A stretch of 64,000 nt of DNA from positions 378,551 through 442,550 of the forward strand of contig JAIELV010000001.1 of NCBI GenBank assembly GCA_019752595.1, written 5' to 3'. The position numbers and the translations under genes were made by a program. Source of the DNA: Patescibacteria group bacterium. GTDB taxonomy: Bacteria; Patescibacteriota; Minisyncoccia; Phycocordibacterales; Phycocordibacteraceae. Below the pieces are notes generated by a model, which saw only the letters and a list, made by a program, of their open reading frames with translations, was not told the DNA's origin and did not search any database. Below, piece by piece: positions 49,942 through 59,689 of this stretch. Within the stretch, counting starts at the first letter, position 1; every line of letters begins with the position of its first letter.

Positions 49942-50319
49942 TTATCGCCCAAACCAACTCATAACTGTTTCCCAAAAACTTTTTTTCTCAGGAGTTACAT
50001 CTTGTGCGTTTTGCACCTGACTTGCCACAAGCACGATCTGTTCTTCTCCAGGTTTTGCTAGCTGATACCGAAGCCGTATCTCCTCTTCAATCCCCCGTTC
50101 GGTTCCCAGCTTCGAAAGCGAGCTCTCCACGGCAGATTTCCTTGAACGAAGCTCTTCAAGTGCCTGTGCAGCCCCCTGGTGCGTCAGGCGTGCTTCCTCT
50201 GCCTTTCCGTACAATCGCCACGCCGCAGCCCCTAGTGTTGCTATAAGGAGTGCGAGGACAACCAAAGCCACCCAGCCGATAGCCCGTATAAAAAACCTTT
50301 TCCATTGGAGGGGCGTCAT
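49942..50319 (-). CDS. FtsB/DivIC-like septum formation initiator (TM plus coiled coil)
   Basis: N-terminal TM helix followed by a predicted coiled coil, about 125 aa. Confidence 0.45.
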   Translation of the reverse strand: MTPLQWKRFFIRAIGWVALVVLALLIATLGAAAWRLYGKAEEARLTHQGAAQALEELRSRKSAVESSLSKLGTERGIEEEIRLRYQLAKPGEEQIVLVASQVQNAQDVTPEKKSFWETVMSWFGR

Positions 50320-50473
50320 ACTTACGTTATACTAACCTGAAATAAACAAACCGTATGTTGTTTCATAAAAAGACCAAAGGGATTATCAAGATTGTGTGGA
50401 TTGTACTCGCAGTACTCATCATACTGAGTATGATTCTCCTTTCCTTCCCTATTTTTAACGCTTAAAAGGCTTT

Positions 50474-52273
50474 TTATCGGCCTTCGTCGGGTTTGACCAT
50501 TTTGAGGAATACATCTGGGGGGATGTGCATTTTCTTATGCTCGCCACGACGTTCTTTTCCTTTCTTCTGCTTCTCTAGAAGCTTTTTCTTTCGGGAAACG
50601 TCTCCTCCGTATAGGTATCCCGTTACGTCTTTGCGCATCGCCGATATTGATTCCGACGCCACAATGCGCCCGCCTGCCTTCGCCTGAATTTTGACCACGA
50701 ACATTTGGCGCGGGAGTGTTTTCTTCAGCTTCTCAACAGTCGCGCGGGCTTCTTCGTCAATACGCCGAGTAGAAACAACTCGTGAAAAGGCTGGTATGAG
50801 TTCATCCGCAACGAGAACGTCCATTCGCATGACGTCCGCCACGCGCATATCACCGAATTCATACGACAAAGATGCGAAACCTGAAGAAACACTTTTCAGC
50901 TTATCGAAAAAGCCTCGCATCAACTCTCGAAGTGGCATCTCGGCCTCTATCACCATACGGTCATCGGCAAACAAATTCGCAGCACCCACAATTGATTCGT
51001 GTTCGTACAGAAGTTGTGTGATGGGCGAAAGAAATCGTGGTGGCGTAATGATGTTCAAAGAAACCCACTGCTCTTTTATCTGCTGAATCATGCCGTATTC
51101 GGGAAATTGTACGGGAGTAAAGACAGAGACTTCGTTCCCTTTTGTATCAACAATCTGGTACAGAATGGACGGCGTTGTAATAACGGGTTCAAGATTAAAC
51201 TCACGCCGTAGTCTTTCGGTGACAATCTCGAGGTGAAGCATGCCCAAAAATCCACAGCGGAATCCTTTACCTAAAATAGAAGAACCGTCTTCTTCAAAGG
51301 AAAGTGCCGCATCCGACAGCCTGAGCCTCGTCAGCGCCTGCTTTAAAAGAACAAACTCATCCTGTGTCTCTGGGTACAGGGATGCCCACACCACTGGCCG
51401 TGGCGTTGCGTACCCTGAAAACGCAGGTAATGAGCACGTGCTGGTTTTTAACGTGTCACCGACTATCGCAACACCAGGCTCCTTGATTCCCGTTACTACA
51501 TAGCCAATCTCGCCAGCCTTCAATGAATCCGCTGATTTTTCGGCGGGAATAAACCACCCTGTTTCTAGAGCAATCATTTTCTTTCCAACTGCAGAGAAAA
51601 GTATCGTGTCTTTTGCGCGTATCTCCCCGTCTAACACTCGAACGAATGCCACTACGCCTCTATGTTCCGAATAAGAAAAATCAAACACTAACGCCCTCCC
51701 GCCCTGTCCCGTATATTCTGTTTTTGGTGCGGGAACCCTGACAACGATTGCCTCCAAAAGTTCCTGCACCCCCTCGCCTGTTTTTCCCGAAACACTCAAG
51801 ATTGATTCGGGGTCAACTGAAAGGTTTTTTGAAAGTTCTTCACGAATTTCAGGAACGCGCGCCGCAGGCGCATCTATTTTTGAAATGACAGGAATAATAG
51901 TGCATCCTGCTGCTTTTGCCATACCCAATGTTGCCAATGTCTGCGCCTGTATGCCCTGTGTTGCATCGACCAAAAGAATGACACCTTCAACTGCGGTGAG
52001 CGCACGTGAGACTTCGTACCCGAAATCGATGTGACCAGGAGTGTCGATAAGATTCAAAATGTACTCCTGCCCTTTATCTCTAAATGACATCCTGACGGGC
52101 TGCATTTTTATCGTGATCCCGCGCTCGCGCTCTAAGTCCATTGCGTCCAGCACCTGCTCACGCATCTTGCGTACCTCGATAGTCTTGGTGACCTCAAGCA
52201 TGCGGTCGGCCAACGTGCTTTTGCCGTGGTCAATGTGAGCTATGATGCTGAAATTTCTTATATGAGAAAGCAT
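50474..52273 (-). CDS. lepA: elongation factor 4 (LepA)
   Basis: NFSIIAHIDHGKST G-domain start and the LepA-specific C-terminal domain, 599 aa. Confidence 0.93.
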   Translation of the reverse strand: MLSHIRNFSIIAHIDHGKSTLADRMLEVTKTIEVRKMREQVLDAMDLERERGITIKMQPVRMSFRDKGQEYILNLIDTPGHIDFGYEVSRALTAVEGVILLVDATQGIQAQTLATLGMAKAAGCTIIPVISKIDAPAARVPEIREELSKNLSVDPESILSVSGKTGEGVQELLEAIVVRVPAPKTEYTGQGGRALVFDFSYSEHRGVVAFVRVLDGEIRAKDTILFSAVGKKMIALETGWFIPAEKSADSLKAGEIGYVVTGIKEPGVAIVGDTLKTSTCSLPAFSGYATPRPVVWASLYPETQDEFVLLKQALTRLRLSDAALSFEEDGSSILGKGFRCGFLGMLHLEIVTERLRREFNLEPVITTPSILYQIVDTKGNEVSVFTPVQFPEYGMIQQIKEQWVSLNIITPPRFLSPITQLLYEHESIVGAANLFADDRMVIEAEMPLRELMRGFFDKLKSVSSGFASLSYEFGDMRVADVMRMDVLVADELIPAFSRVVSTRRIDEEARATVEKLKKTLPRQMFVVKIQAKAGGRIVASESISAMRKDVTGYLYGGDVSRKKKLLEKQKKGKERRGEHKKMHIPPDVFLKMVKPDEGR

Positions 52274-53920
52274 TTATGCGTTCGGTCTTCCCTTCAGTTT
52301 CTGCGAAACAATCGCCACGACCTCTTTGAACTCCCGACTCTCTAGAAGATACAGAGTAGCAGCCCATGCCGCAAGCCCTGCAACAAAGGCAGAGACCGCC
52401 TGAGTCAAAACCCCCATGAACGTTGAGAGTGGTACGCCAGGGCCAATTAGGGTAAGTGTTGCATACGCTGCCGCCCCGCCGATAACAGACGCAGAAAACG
52501 ATGTCATGAGCGTATCAACAGTGCGTCCTTCCCAACCGAAACGACGAGCAAACAAATACCCAAAGAGAAGTGCGGCGAGCATAATCGTGATGGAGTATGA
52601 AAGCGGAATCATCAAAACTTCTGTACCAGGGACATTCTCGACACGAAACAGTGACTCAAGAAAATTTCGAGCAAAATCTGCCTGCGTCAGCCACCACACG
52701 CCATACGAAGCGGAAGCTGCAGCCACAAATGTACCGCCGACGTTGACGATAATAGGAACAAGAGACGACTGCGCAGCATAGTACGCACGAGAGAAAATAA
52801 GAATCACTGATTGCGCAATTAAGGAAAGTGCAAACAGTGCAAGTATGGCGGCAGTAAGCCGTGTGTCAGACCAAGAAAACTCTCCCGACCCGAGAATGAT
52901 ACGAACTATATGTGCACGCAAGACAATCATCAGCGTAATCGCGGGCATCGTCCAGAAAATGATATGCCGTACTGACGCCCATACTTCTTTTGTAAATCCC
53001 ACGATATCCTTTTTTGCCATCATCGCGGCCAAAGCGGGGAAAAGCGCTGCAGCGTATGAAATGCCAATCACCGTAAGCGGTACCGACTGTAAGTTGGAGG
53101 CAAATGAAAGTGCGGAAATAGTGCCCGCAACGGTCATCGAGGCAATCGATGCAAATACCAAGAGAAGTACTTGTTGGGAAGAAAGAGCAAGAGCGCGAGG
53201 CACTGAGGGAAGCGCAACTTCAATAACTGATTCACGCAGCGACGTAAGCGTCGGTAGTTGGATGTGTTTTGCGTGGCCGATAATCGGAATCACCTGCGCA
53301 AGAAGGTGTAGTACAGCCCCGAAAACCACTCCCCACCCCAACCCCGCAACACCCATTTCAGGTACAAGAAATATCGCGCCGAAAATAATCCCACAGTTGT
53401 AGAGAACTGGTGCGAGTGCGTAAATAACAAAGCGTCGCATGACCTGAATCACCGACGTCGCGATTGATGAAAGTCCGAGAAGAATTGGTTGCACGAGCAT
53501 TATTTGCGACAAGAGAATAGTGTCTGCTTGTGCGGAAAGCGTAAACCCAGGAAACATAAAAGGTACGAGTGTGGGAATGAAAAACCACAAAATTGCCGAA
53601 GCGAGAACAGAAACGACACCGAATGCAAAAAGCACATTCCCTACGAGTGCCCCCTGCGCTTTTTCTTCCCGCGCAGACAAAAGCGGAACAAGCGCAAACG
53701 AAGAAACAAAGAGAGTGAGGAACGCAAATATCAAATCGGGAATACGGAACGCGGCAAAATATGCGTCGAGTGTTGGGCCTGCACCATAGAGATGCGCAAA
53801 CGTTCTATCGCGGACTAGAGCTAGTACTTGCGAAAGTACAGAAAAACCCGCAAGCACGTATGCAGCTTCGTGGAGGCCCCGAATGGGACGGGTCATCGCC
53901 TCAAGTACCCTACCGACCAT
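52274..53920 (-). CDS. murJ: lipid II flippase MurJ/MviN
   Basis: 548 aa, polytopic. Conserved MurJ N-terminal pattern (…LSQVLALVRDRTFAHLYGAGPTLDAYFAAFRIPD). Confidence 0.85.
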   Translation of the reverse strand: MVGRVLEAMTRPIRGLHEAAYVLAGFSVLSQVLALVRDRTFAHLYGAGPTLDAYFAAFRIPDLIFAFLTLFVSSFALVPLLSAREEKAQGALVGNVLFAFGVVSVLASAILWFFIPTLVPFMFPGFTLSAQADTILLSQIMLVQPILLGLSSIATSVIQVMRRFVIYALAPVLYNCGIIFGAIFLVPEMGVAGLGWGVVFGAVLHLLAQVIPIIGHAKHIQLPTLTSLRESVIEVALPSVPRALALSSQQVLLLVFASIASMTVAGTISALSFASNLQSVPLTVIGISYAAALFPALAAMMAKKDIVGFTKEVWASVRHIIFWTMPAITLMIVLRAHIVRIILGSGEFSWSDTRLTAAILALFALSLIAQSVILIFSRAYYAAQSSLVPIIVNVGGTFVAAASASYGVWWLTQADFARNFLESLFRVENVPGTEVLMIPLSYSITIMLAALLFGYLFARRFGWEGRTVDTLMTSFSASVIGGAAAYATLTLIGPGVPLSTFMGVLTQAVSAFVAGLAAWAATLYLLESREFKEVVAIVSQKLKGRPNA

Positions 53921-53926
53921 ATTCTT

Positions 53927-56260
53927 CTAGTTCGTCGGTGTTTTTACGTCGTCTGGCGACTCAACCGGAACATCAAAAGGATTCTCGCCTGCTTCAAGCG
54001 CCGAAATAACGCTCGTCAGTGTTGTGTTGTCTGGATTTTCTTCCTGTAAAGATTTGAACTGTATGAGGGCGTCCGTGAGGCGATTCAAAAATACATATGC
54101 CTGCCCCAAAAAGAACGAGGCATTCGCGTACTCAGGATTTATAGCAAGCGCTTGCTCAAACGAAGTCTTTGCATCTGTGTATCGTTTTGCCTGAAGTTGA
54201 AGAAGACCAAGCTGGTAGATAAGTTGCGCATTGTTTGGCTCCAGTACGACAGCGGAAGTGACTGAGTCGATAGCATCTGAAAGCCTTCCTTCGTTAAAGG
54301 ATACCTGTGCCAAAAGAAGAATTGCGGGAGTGTAATCTGCCTTTTTCTTGAGTGCTGCTTGCGCAAAATCGGTCGCGCCGTCTGCGTCATTTATGGCAAG
54401 TCGTATCTGCGCCATTCGGTAATCAACTTCTGGTGTTTGTGGATTGTACTTCCGCGCCTCTTTGAGTGCCTCTTCTGCGGTTTCGCCAGAGCCTTCAATC
54501 CCCAACGGAACGACAGAGGCGTAGACTGACGCGCGTGAAAGCCAGTTTTGGTAATTTTTCGAATCTAAATCTGTAGCACGCTGTCCTGCGTTTATTGCAT
54601 TGCTTAGAAGTTCGCGGAACTTCACCTGCGCTACTTCGTCGGACGATCCCTCCGTAACAAGCGCACTCAAGCGAGACAATTCGATGGCAACGAGTGTGCG
54701 ATAGTACCTATCCTGTTCTGAAAGGCTGAGCGCCGAAAGTATTGATGTGCGAGCACCTTCAAAATCTCCTTGTAATGAACGGTTCACTGCGTCTTGACTG
54801 CGCATTGTTGATGCAAAAACTGTAGAGCCACCATAGAGCGACACCAGTGAAGCAACTGAGAGAAGCAGTATGACCAAAACGGCAAAGAAGCCAGCGCGGG
54901 GGCTTTTAGCAAACGTTATGTGTAGCTCGTTTGAAAGACGAGTGCCACGCAAAGACGCAAGGAAAAGACCGATAAAGAGATACATCAGGAGTGTGAGGCC
55001 TTGATCGGGCACATAGAACAGATGAACCAAAAGCAGATAGAGTGTTCCAACTGCGGTCGTTACGATTACAAAATACGCCTGTTCATTGCCTTCGGGTGCT
55101 GAAAGAAGTGCTTTCGTGACGAGTGATAGTAAGGTGCCGATAACCAAAAGCCACATCAACGCGAGCACTGCTCCCCCTGTTGCTACTGATGACGGAATTG
55201 CACCAAAGCCTGCTGAGAAGGCTATATCCCAAAACGGTGTAGCAACGATTGATTCAGGGCGCGACTCAAACCATTCAAAGGCGAATGTATTTGGTCCAGT
55301 GCCAAAAACAGGGCTTTTTGCAAATACACTTTGCATAACAGCCACTGTTCCCTCTACTGAAGGGCGAACTTCAAGCGATTGAATATTGAGAGCGTTCTGC
55401 AACGAAAGTGCTACTCCGTTTCCTGCAAAAAGGAAAAAAAGTGAAATGATGACCACTAATCCCGCTGCTGCACCTTTCATGCCGATGTCCGCTCCGTGCC
55501 CACCTCGCCCAAACGAGCGAGTGAGTGCGTGAACAAAAACCGCAAATGAAATCAAGGCAACTAGCGACCACACAACGTTAAAGTTGATGATCGCAAGCAT
55601 ACCTATTGAGATTGCGAGAGCCGCATTCACCACAAATCCGCTTACTCTTGTGAAAGAAAGTGACTCGAGGGAAACGAGTGCAAGTGTTGCGAGAAGCCCG
55701 AAAAAGACCGCGAGCCCATTCCATCCGCCAATGAGGTTCGAGATTGGAGAGTCAAAATATGCAACGGGTACGCCACCAAAGAAAAACTGTACTGCCTGGA
55801 AGAGGATAACCACCACGCCCGCCGCAAGAACGCCTAAGAGCACGGCAAACACTTGCTTTGCATGCTGTATCGAAAGAAGTACAACGACGGTGAGTGAAAC
55901 ACAGAGTGCAATAAAACCAAATGTATCTGAATCAATCTGGTAGCCAAACAGTGACGCCTGCGGATGCCCTGAAAAAAATGCAGAGGCCAGAAACGCAAAC
56001 GGGAGTGCAAGGAGCGTAAAGAGTGTGAACGAAACAGGAATCGAAAGGGAGCGCGTTTTAAATGTGTTGAGTGCGAAAAGGATAAAAAGAACAGTGACGG
56101 CAAGTAAGGCGAGCATGACTTTCGAGAACTGGAACACTGCCCCATCAATGGGGAGGAAGAAAATCGGAATTAAAAATGCGAGGCCAGCAACCAAAAGTGC
56201 AGGAAAGCCTGCCGATCGTTTTTTCGACGAAAGCTCTTCGCTAAATGTAGGTTCTTCCAT
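53927..56260 (-). CDS. O-antigen ligase (Wzy_C)-like polytopic membrane protein with C-terminal TPR repeats
   Basis: More than 10 TM helices with a large periplasmic loop typical of O-antigen ligase-like proteins. The C-terminal 250 aa contain TPR repeats. Confidence 0.7.
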   Translation of the reverse strand: MEEPTFSEELSSKKRSAGFPALLVAGLAFLIPIFFLPIDGAVFQFSKVMLALLAVTVLFILFALNTFKTRSLSIPVSFTLFTLLALPFAFLASAFFSGHPQASLFGYQIDSDTFGFIALCVSLTVVVLLSIQHAKQVFAVLLGVLAAGVVVILFQAVQFFFGGVPVAYFDSPISNLIGGWNGLAVFFGLLATLALVSLESLSFTRVSGFVVNAALAISIGMLAIINFNVVWSLVALISFAVFVHALTRSFGRGGHGADIGMKGAAAGLVVIISLFFLFAGNGVALSLQNALNIQSLEVRPSVEGTVAVMQSVFAKSPVFGTGPNTFAFEWFESRPESIVATPFWDIAFSAGFGAIPSSVATGGAVLALMWLLVIGTLLSLVTKALLSAPEGNEQAYFVIVTTAVGTLYLLLVHLFYVPDQGLTLLMYLFIGLFLASLRGTRLSNELHITFAKSPRAGFFAVLVILLLSVASLVSLYGGSTVFASTMRSQDAVNRSLQGDFEGARTSILSALSLSEQDRYYRTLVAIELSRLSALVTEGSSDEVAQVKFRELLSNAINAGQRATDLDSKNYQNWLSRASVYASVVPLGIEGSGETAEEALKEARKYNPQTPEVDYRMAQIRLAINDADGATDFAQAALKKKADYTPAILLLAQVSFNEGRLSDAIDSVTSAVVLEPNNAQLIYQLGLLQLQAKRYTDAKTSFEQALAINPEYANASFFLGQAYVFLNRLTDALIQFKSLQEENPDNTTLTSVISALEAGENPFDVPVESPDDVKTPTN

Positions 56261-56321
56261 ACGTTATATACGTCTTACTATGAGTACGAGTATACCACGC
56301 ACCACGTAATAGAATTTTTAA

Positions 56322-56366
56322 GAGTTGGTGAAAAAAGAAACACCCCTCGATTTTATTCGAGGGGTG
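56322..56366 (-). terminator. rho-independent terminator (3' of rnpB)
   Basis: CACCCCTCGAATAAAATCGAGGGGTG hairpin followed by a T-run on the minus strand. Confidence 0.55.
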
Positions 56367-56377
56367 AATCATATTTT

Positions 56378-56866
56378 TACGCGTCGCACCGATAAGCCGA
56401 GTTCTGTCTTCGTTTTGGAAACCAAAACGGAGGCAATCATGTATCTGGGATTTTCGTTACCGAAAACCTCGAGCGGCACTCCCGCACACCAACTTTGCCA
56501 TCGTCGTTCTTGTGCCAACCATGGCTCACTGAACTGGCGATATTCACTGTTCTGGCGTTTACCCGAGGTATATTTTCTCGGAACGACAGAGGCACAATGA
56601 CAAAGTTGGTGTGCGGGCACGGCCTTGCACTCAGGTATGTATTTAGCCGTTTCATTCTTACCTTTCAGTAAGACTCGCCCCGCCGTCACCGAAGTGACAT
56701 CGGGGCGTCCTCGGCCTTTCGGCCTCGGACGTTTCTGCTCGCAACACGCGCTCGGGCGTAACCGAGCGGACGGGCGTTACCCGCTACCTTGCTCCGTATC
56801 ATTTCTGATGCGGGAGTGTTCGGACTTTCCTCTCCTTTGAAAGAGCGACTGCCTGGTGCTCGCTTA
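56378..56866 (-). ncRNA. rnpB: RNase P RNA (bacterial type)
   Basis: Minus strand carries the P4 strands GGAGAGGAAAGTCCGAAC (5') and GACAGAACTCGGCTTATCGGTG (3'). The ends can pair as P1 (GCGAGCACC/GGTGCGACGC). No credible ORF. Confidence 0.75.
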
Positions 56867-56948
56867 ATTATACCACGTTTTCAACTATTTTGCAGCTCGC
56901 CTCGCGACTACACTTTGATTTTCTACTGCAGAGTACCGCAAAGAAAAT

Positions 56949-57281
56949 CTAGGCGGAAATTATCAGCACCGAACGCTTGATAGCAACAAACGCGTACCCC
57001 CACAAAATCGGGAGCCAAATCGGCATAAGCCCTAGAAGAGTTCTTGAGGTGAATGTTTCGACACCAGTTGAAACAAATAGTGATTCCCCTATCGTGAGCA
57101 CCACGAGACCAAACACAAATACTAGGAAATCTTTTTCTTCTTTTCTAATTAAAAAAGAAATAAGGATGATAAAGAGGTACGTTGTCGCCAAAAGGTAATC
57201 ATTTTTCACAATCGGAATTAACCCAATCATGATAAGAATTGGTATCGCGTTCAGAAATATGCTTCTGACTTTTTTATGCAT
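56949..57281 (-). CDS. small polytopic membrane protein, hypothetical
   Basis: 110 aa, 3 TM helices. Confidence 0.4.
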   Translation of the reverse strand: MHKKVRSIFLNAIPILIMIGLIPIVKNDYLLATTYLFIILISFLIRKEEKDFLVFVFGLVVLTIGESLFVSTGVETFTSRTLLGLMPIWLPILWGYAFVAIKRSVLIISA

Positions 57282-57297
57282 ACTGCCCGAAGGGTGC

Positions 57298-58314
57298 TTA
57301 CTGCCGAGAACACAAACTATTTTGATTTGTCATTTTTCCGTAAAAACCTGAGGCATTCGCAAGATACGCTAGCGGGCACGCTGCGAAATTTGTTTTTACG
57401 GGATATGAGGAAGCGTTAGATAGACCGCGGTTCGTTCGAAGATCAATGACGCCAAAGCCAAAAGAACCTTCAATTCTCCCCACGCGCCCGAGAAGTGTCC
57501 CACGCGCTATAAGTTCAAGTTTTTTGATAAGGCACGCATTCTCTCCCACATGCGGTTTCCCGAGACACACAGAATCTGTAACCATTTTGTATATCGAATT
57601 TGAAAGTTCTTTCACGTGCGTTACATACCCAATGACGTCCTTGCAGAGCGCGAAATAAATTGTGTTGTCTTCGGGATCCGCGGAGAGCCCGTATTCCTGA
57701 GTGATGTGCGTAATGTACACATCACCTGGTGCGACAATATCGTACTTATTCAATTCCCCACTTCCGACAACTTTCACAACCGCATAGTCAGGCACACCAC
57801 TTGCGTTCATGCTTCCCGTTGGAGCTATAGAAGTGACAATTGAAAGTTGAACGGGATCAATCGTAAACGTTTTTCCTTCGCAGGACGGAAGCGTAGCGCG
57901 TTCATTCTCGCTTGGAATTTCAGGAGTGATCCTTTCAGAAGCCAGAAAACCAGGGTCGTAGGGCTTTGAAACAATAACGTCGGGCTTCGGTTCACTCTGA
58001 GGCGTCGTGGGCTGTGCCGATTCCGTTTGGTTTCCTAAAGCATTTGTCTTTGGTGGTACGGGTTTAGATTCTGGCGCTGACGAAGGTTTCGAAACAATAG
58101 GCGTTGCAGGTATCTCGTCCGACACCACGTCACTTTGCGCTTGCTCAACCACGGGCAACATCTGTACCTCATTCTCAGTCGAACTTCCAGGATTCATGTA
58201 TAACCCGTAGGCAAACGCACCAACAAGAAATATTCCTACGACACTTAATACGAGCGTTTGAGGTTTTATACCTAGCATATGGTTAATATGGTACCGCACT
58301 AAATGTACGCGCAT
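57298..58314 (-). CDS. membrane-anchored extracytoplasmic protein (TM, Pro/Ser-rich linker, C-terminal domain)
   Basis: N-terminal TM helix, PxxP-rich low-complexity linker, Cys-containing C-terminal domain. Confidence 0.5.
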   Translation of the reverse strand: MRVHLVRYHINHMLGIKPQTLVLSVVGIFLVGAFAYGLYMNPGSSTENEVQMLPVVEQAQSDVVSDEIPATPIVSKPSSAPESKPVPPKTNALGNQTESAQPTTPQSEPKPDVIVSKPYDPGFLASERITPEIPSENERATLPSCEGKTFTIDPVQLSIVTSIAPTGSMNASGVPDYAVVKVVGSGELNKYDIVAPGDVYITHITQEYGLSADPEDNTIYFALCKDVIGYVTHVKELSNSIYKMVTDSVCLGKPHVGENACLIKKLELIARGTLLGRVGRIEGSFGFGVIDLRTNRGLSNASSYPVKTNFAACPLAYLANASGFYGKMTNQNSLCSRQ

Positions 58315-58326
58315 GCCATACCTGGT

Positions 58327-59406
58327 CTATGGAGTGAACTTTTTTGTTCGGTACAAAGCTCCGCCGTTTACCTCGAGTGTTTTTTTCAGTTCCGCCGTCT
58401 TTAGTTTCACATCGTCAAACCCTATATTTTCAACATTCACGACGGTAATGACCACACTTCCGCCTTGAAGAAAAATGAGAGTGTCCGTATAGCCTGGAAA
58501 TTCGACCCCTTTAAATATGTCGTACATGTTCATATCGCCCACGAGATTAATAGTGTCTTCTCCGCCAGCCCCATCAAAAAACACACCTTTTCCAGTCCAA
58601 TACGAACGAGCAAGCGGGGTGTTGGCTGCGTACTTCGTTGTATCGGACGTATACGTGGAACCCGAACCAATACGAAATAATTTGGTAAGCCCGCTCACGC
58701 GGCCCGTCGCTACGTCAACAACTGCAATCTGGTAGTGTCCTTCTCTCAGTCGGACGACTGCCTCTGTACCCGCCTCAGTAATATATTTCTCCTCCAAGTA
58801 CCATTCAAATACTTTTGCATCTGCACGCGGAGAGGTTTCTGCGGTTATACGTGCTTCATGTATACCGTTTATGCGCCCCAATAAATCCTTGTGAATAACA
58901 AACATACGGTACTGTGGCGTCACCGCAGTGGGATCACGCACCTCAATGTGATATTGCAAACCGAAAGTAAGCGGACCTTCGTCGGGCGAGAGTGAAACTG
59001 AAAAAGCGCCAGCGGCAACCTTCTCTTCAAGAGAAGAACTTTGCGTTACTATCTCGCCCCCCCATGCGCACGTCCCTGCGCCTGCCGAAATCGCACACAC
59101 GTCGCGCGCGGATGCTTTGGTCACATTCGGAAACATCGCGACGACTTTCAATTCATAGCTCACCGTTAGGTCGCGTCTTTCGTTTGAAGTACCCGCATCA
59201 GTTTTTGGATCGTATGCAGTTGCGCCTGATACATCGGAAGCAGTAGGAACAACATCAACAACTGTTTCACTTTCAGATATAGGTTTAGTCTGCTTGATGT
59301 ATTGCGATGTAAAAAAGACGTACGCCAACCCTCCTAACATTCCAAGCGCTAACGCAACAATGGCTATTTTGACCATAGGATGCGTACAGTGTACGACAAT
59401 CTGCAC
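58327..59406 (-). CDS. membrane-anchored extracytoplasmic protein, hypothetical
   Basis: N-terminal TM helix (IAIVALALGMLGGLAYVFF) and a C-terminal beta-rich domain. Confidence 0.5.
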   Translation of the reverse strand: MQIVVHCTHPMVKIAIVALALGMLGGLAYVFFTSQYIKQTKPISESETVVDVVPTASDVSGATAYDPKTDAGTSNERRDLTVSYELKVVAMFPNVTKASARDVCAISAGAGTCAWGGEIVTQSSSLEEKVAAGAFSVSLSPDEGPLTFGLQYHIEVRDPTAVTPQYRMFVIHKDLLGRINGIHEARITAETSPRADAKVFEWYLEEKYITEAGTEAVVRLREGHYQIAVVDVATGRVSGLTKLFRIGSGSTYTSDTTKYAANTPLARSYWTGKGVFFDGAGGEDTINLVGDMNMYDIFKGVEFPGYTDTLIFLQGGSVVITVVNVENIGFDDVKLKTAELKKTLEVNGGALYRTKKFTP

Positions 59407-59410
59407 ATCA

Positions 59411-59588
59411 TTGCGGTGAAATTATATCCTTTGCGCGAACCCATTTCGAGCAGAACCCCTGACCTATCGCGCCTCGCGGACTCGGCGCTCCCCGCGCGAG
59501 GACGCGCGGGCGACCGAAGCCCTGCCGCTTCCTATGCATTTCTGTTTTGGCGGGGGAAGTGCATTGAAGAATTGGAATGGAGCGGCAG
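59411..59588. repeat. IR1-L: 178-bp inverted repeat, perfect reverse complement of 61554-61731
   Basis: Direct base-by-base comparison. GC-rich with internal hairpins (CCGCGCG-AGGA-CGCGCGG). Confidence 0.9.
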
Positions 59589-59689
59589 GGCTTCGGTCGA
59601 AATGCATTGTGCTTGCCCCTCCCTCCCAGTGCGCGCACATCAGTTTTGCCGTTTTTAGGAAAAATTATAAAACGGCAAAACTGACTCCC

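Noticed and set aside
50355-50465. 36-aa plus-strand hydrophobic ORF between the ftsB-like gene and lepA
   Set aside because: No ribosome-binding site or promoter signal, opposite to both flanking genes, and too short to support without conservation data.
56325-56840. Several 60-106 aa ORFs between the O-antigen-ligase gene and 56949
   Set aside because: The region carries the RNase P RNA conserved helices (P4 strands, P1), so the ORFs are chance frames in a structured RNA gene.
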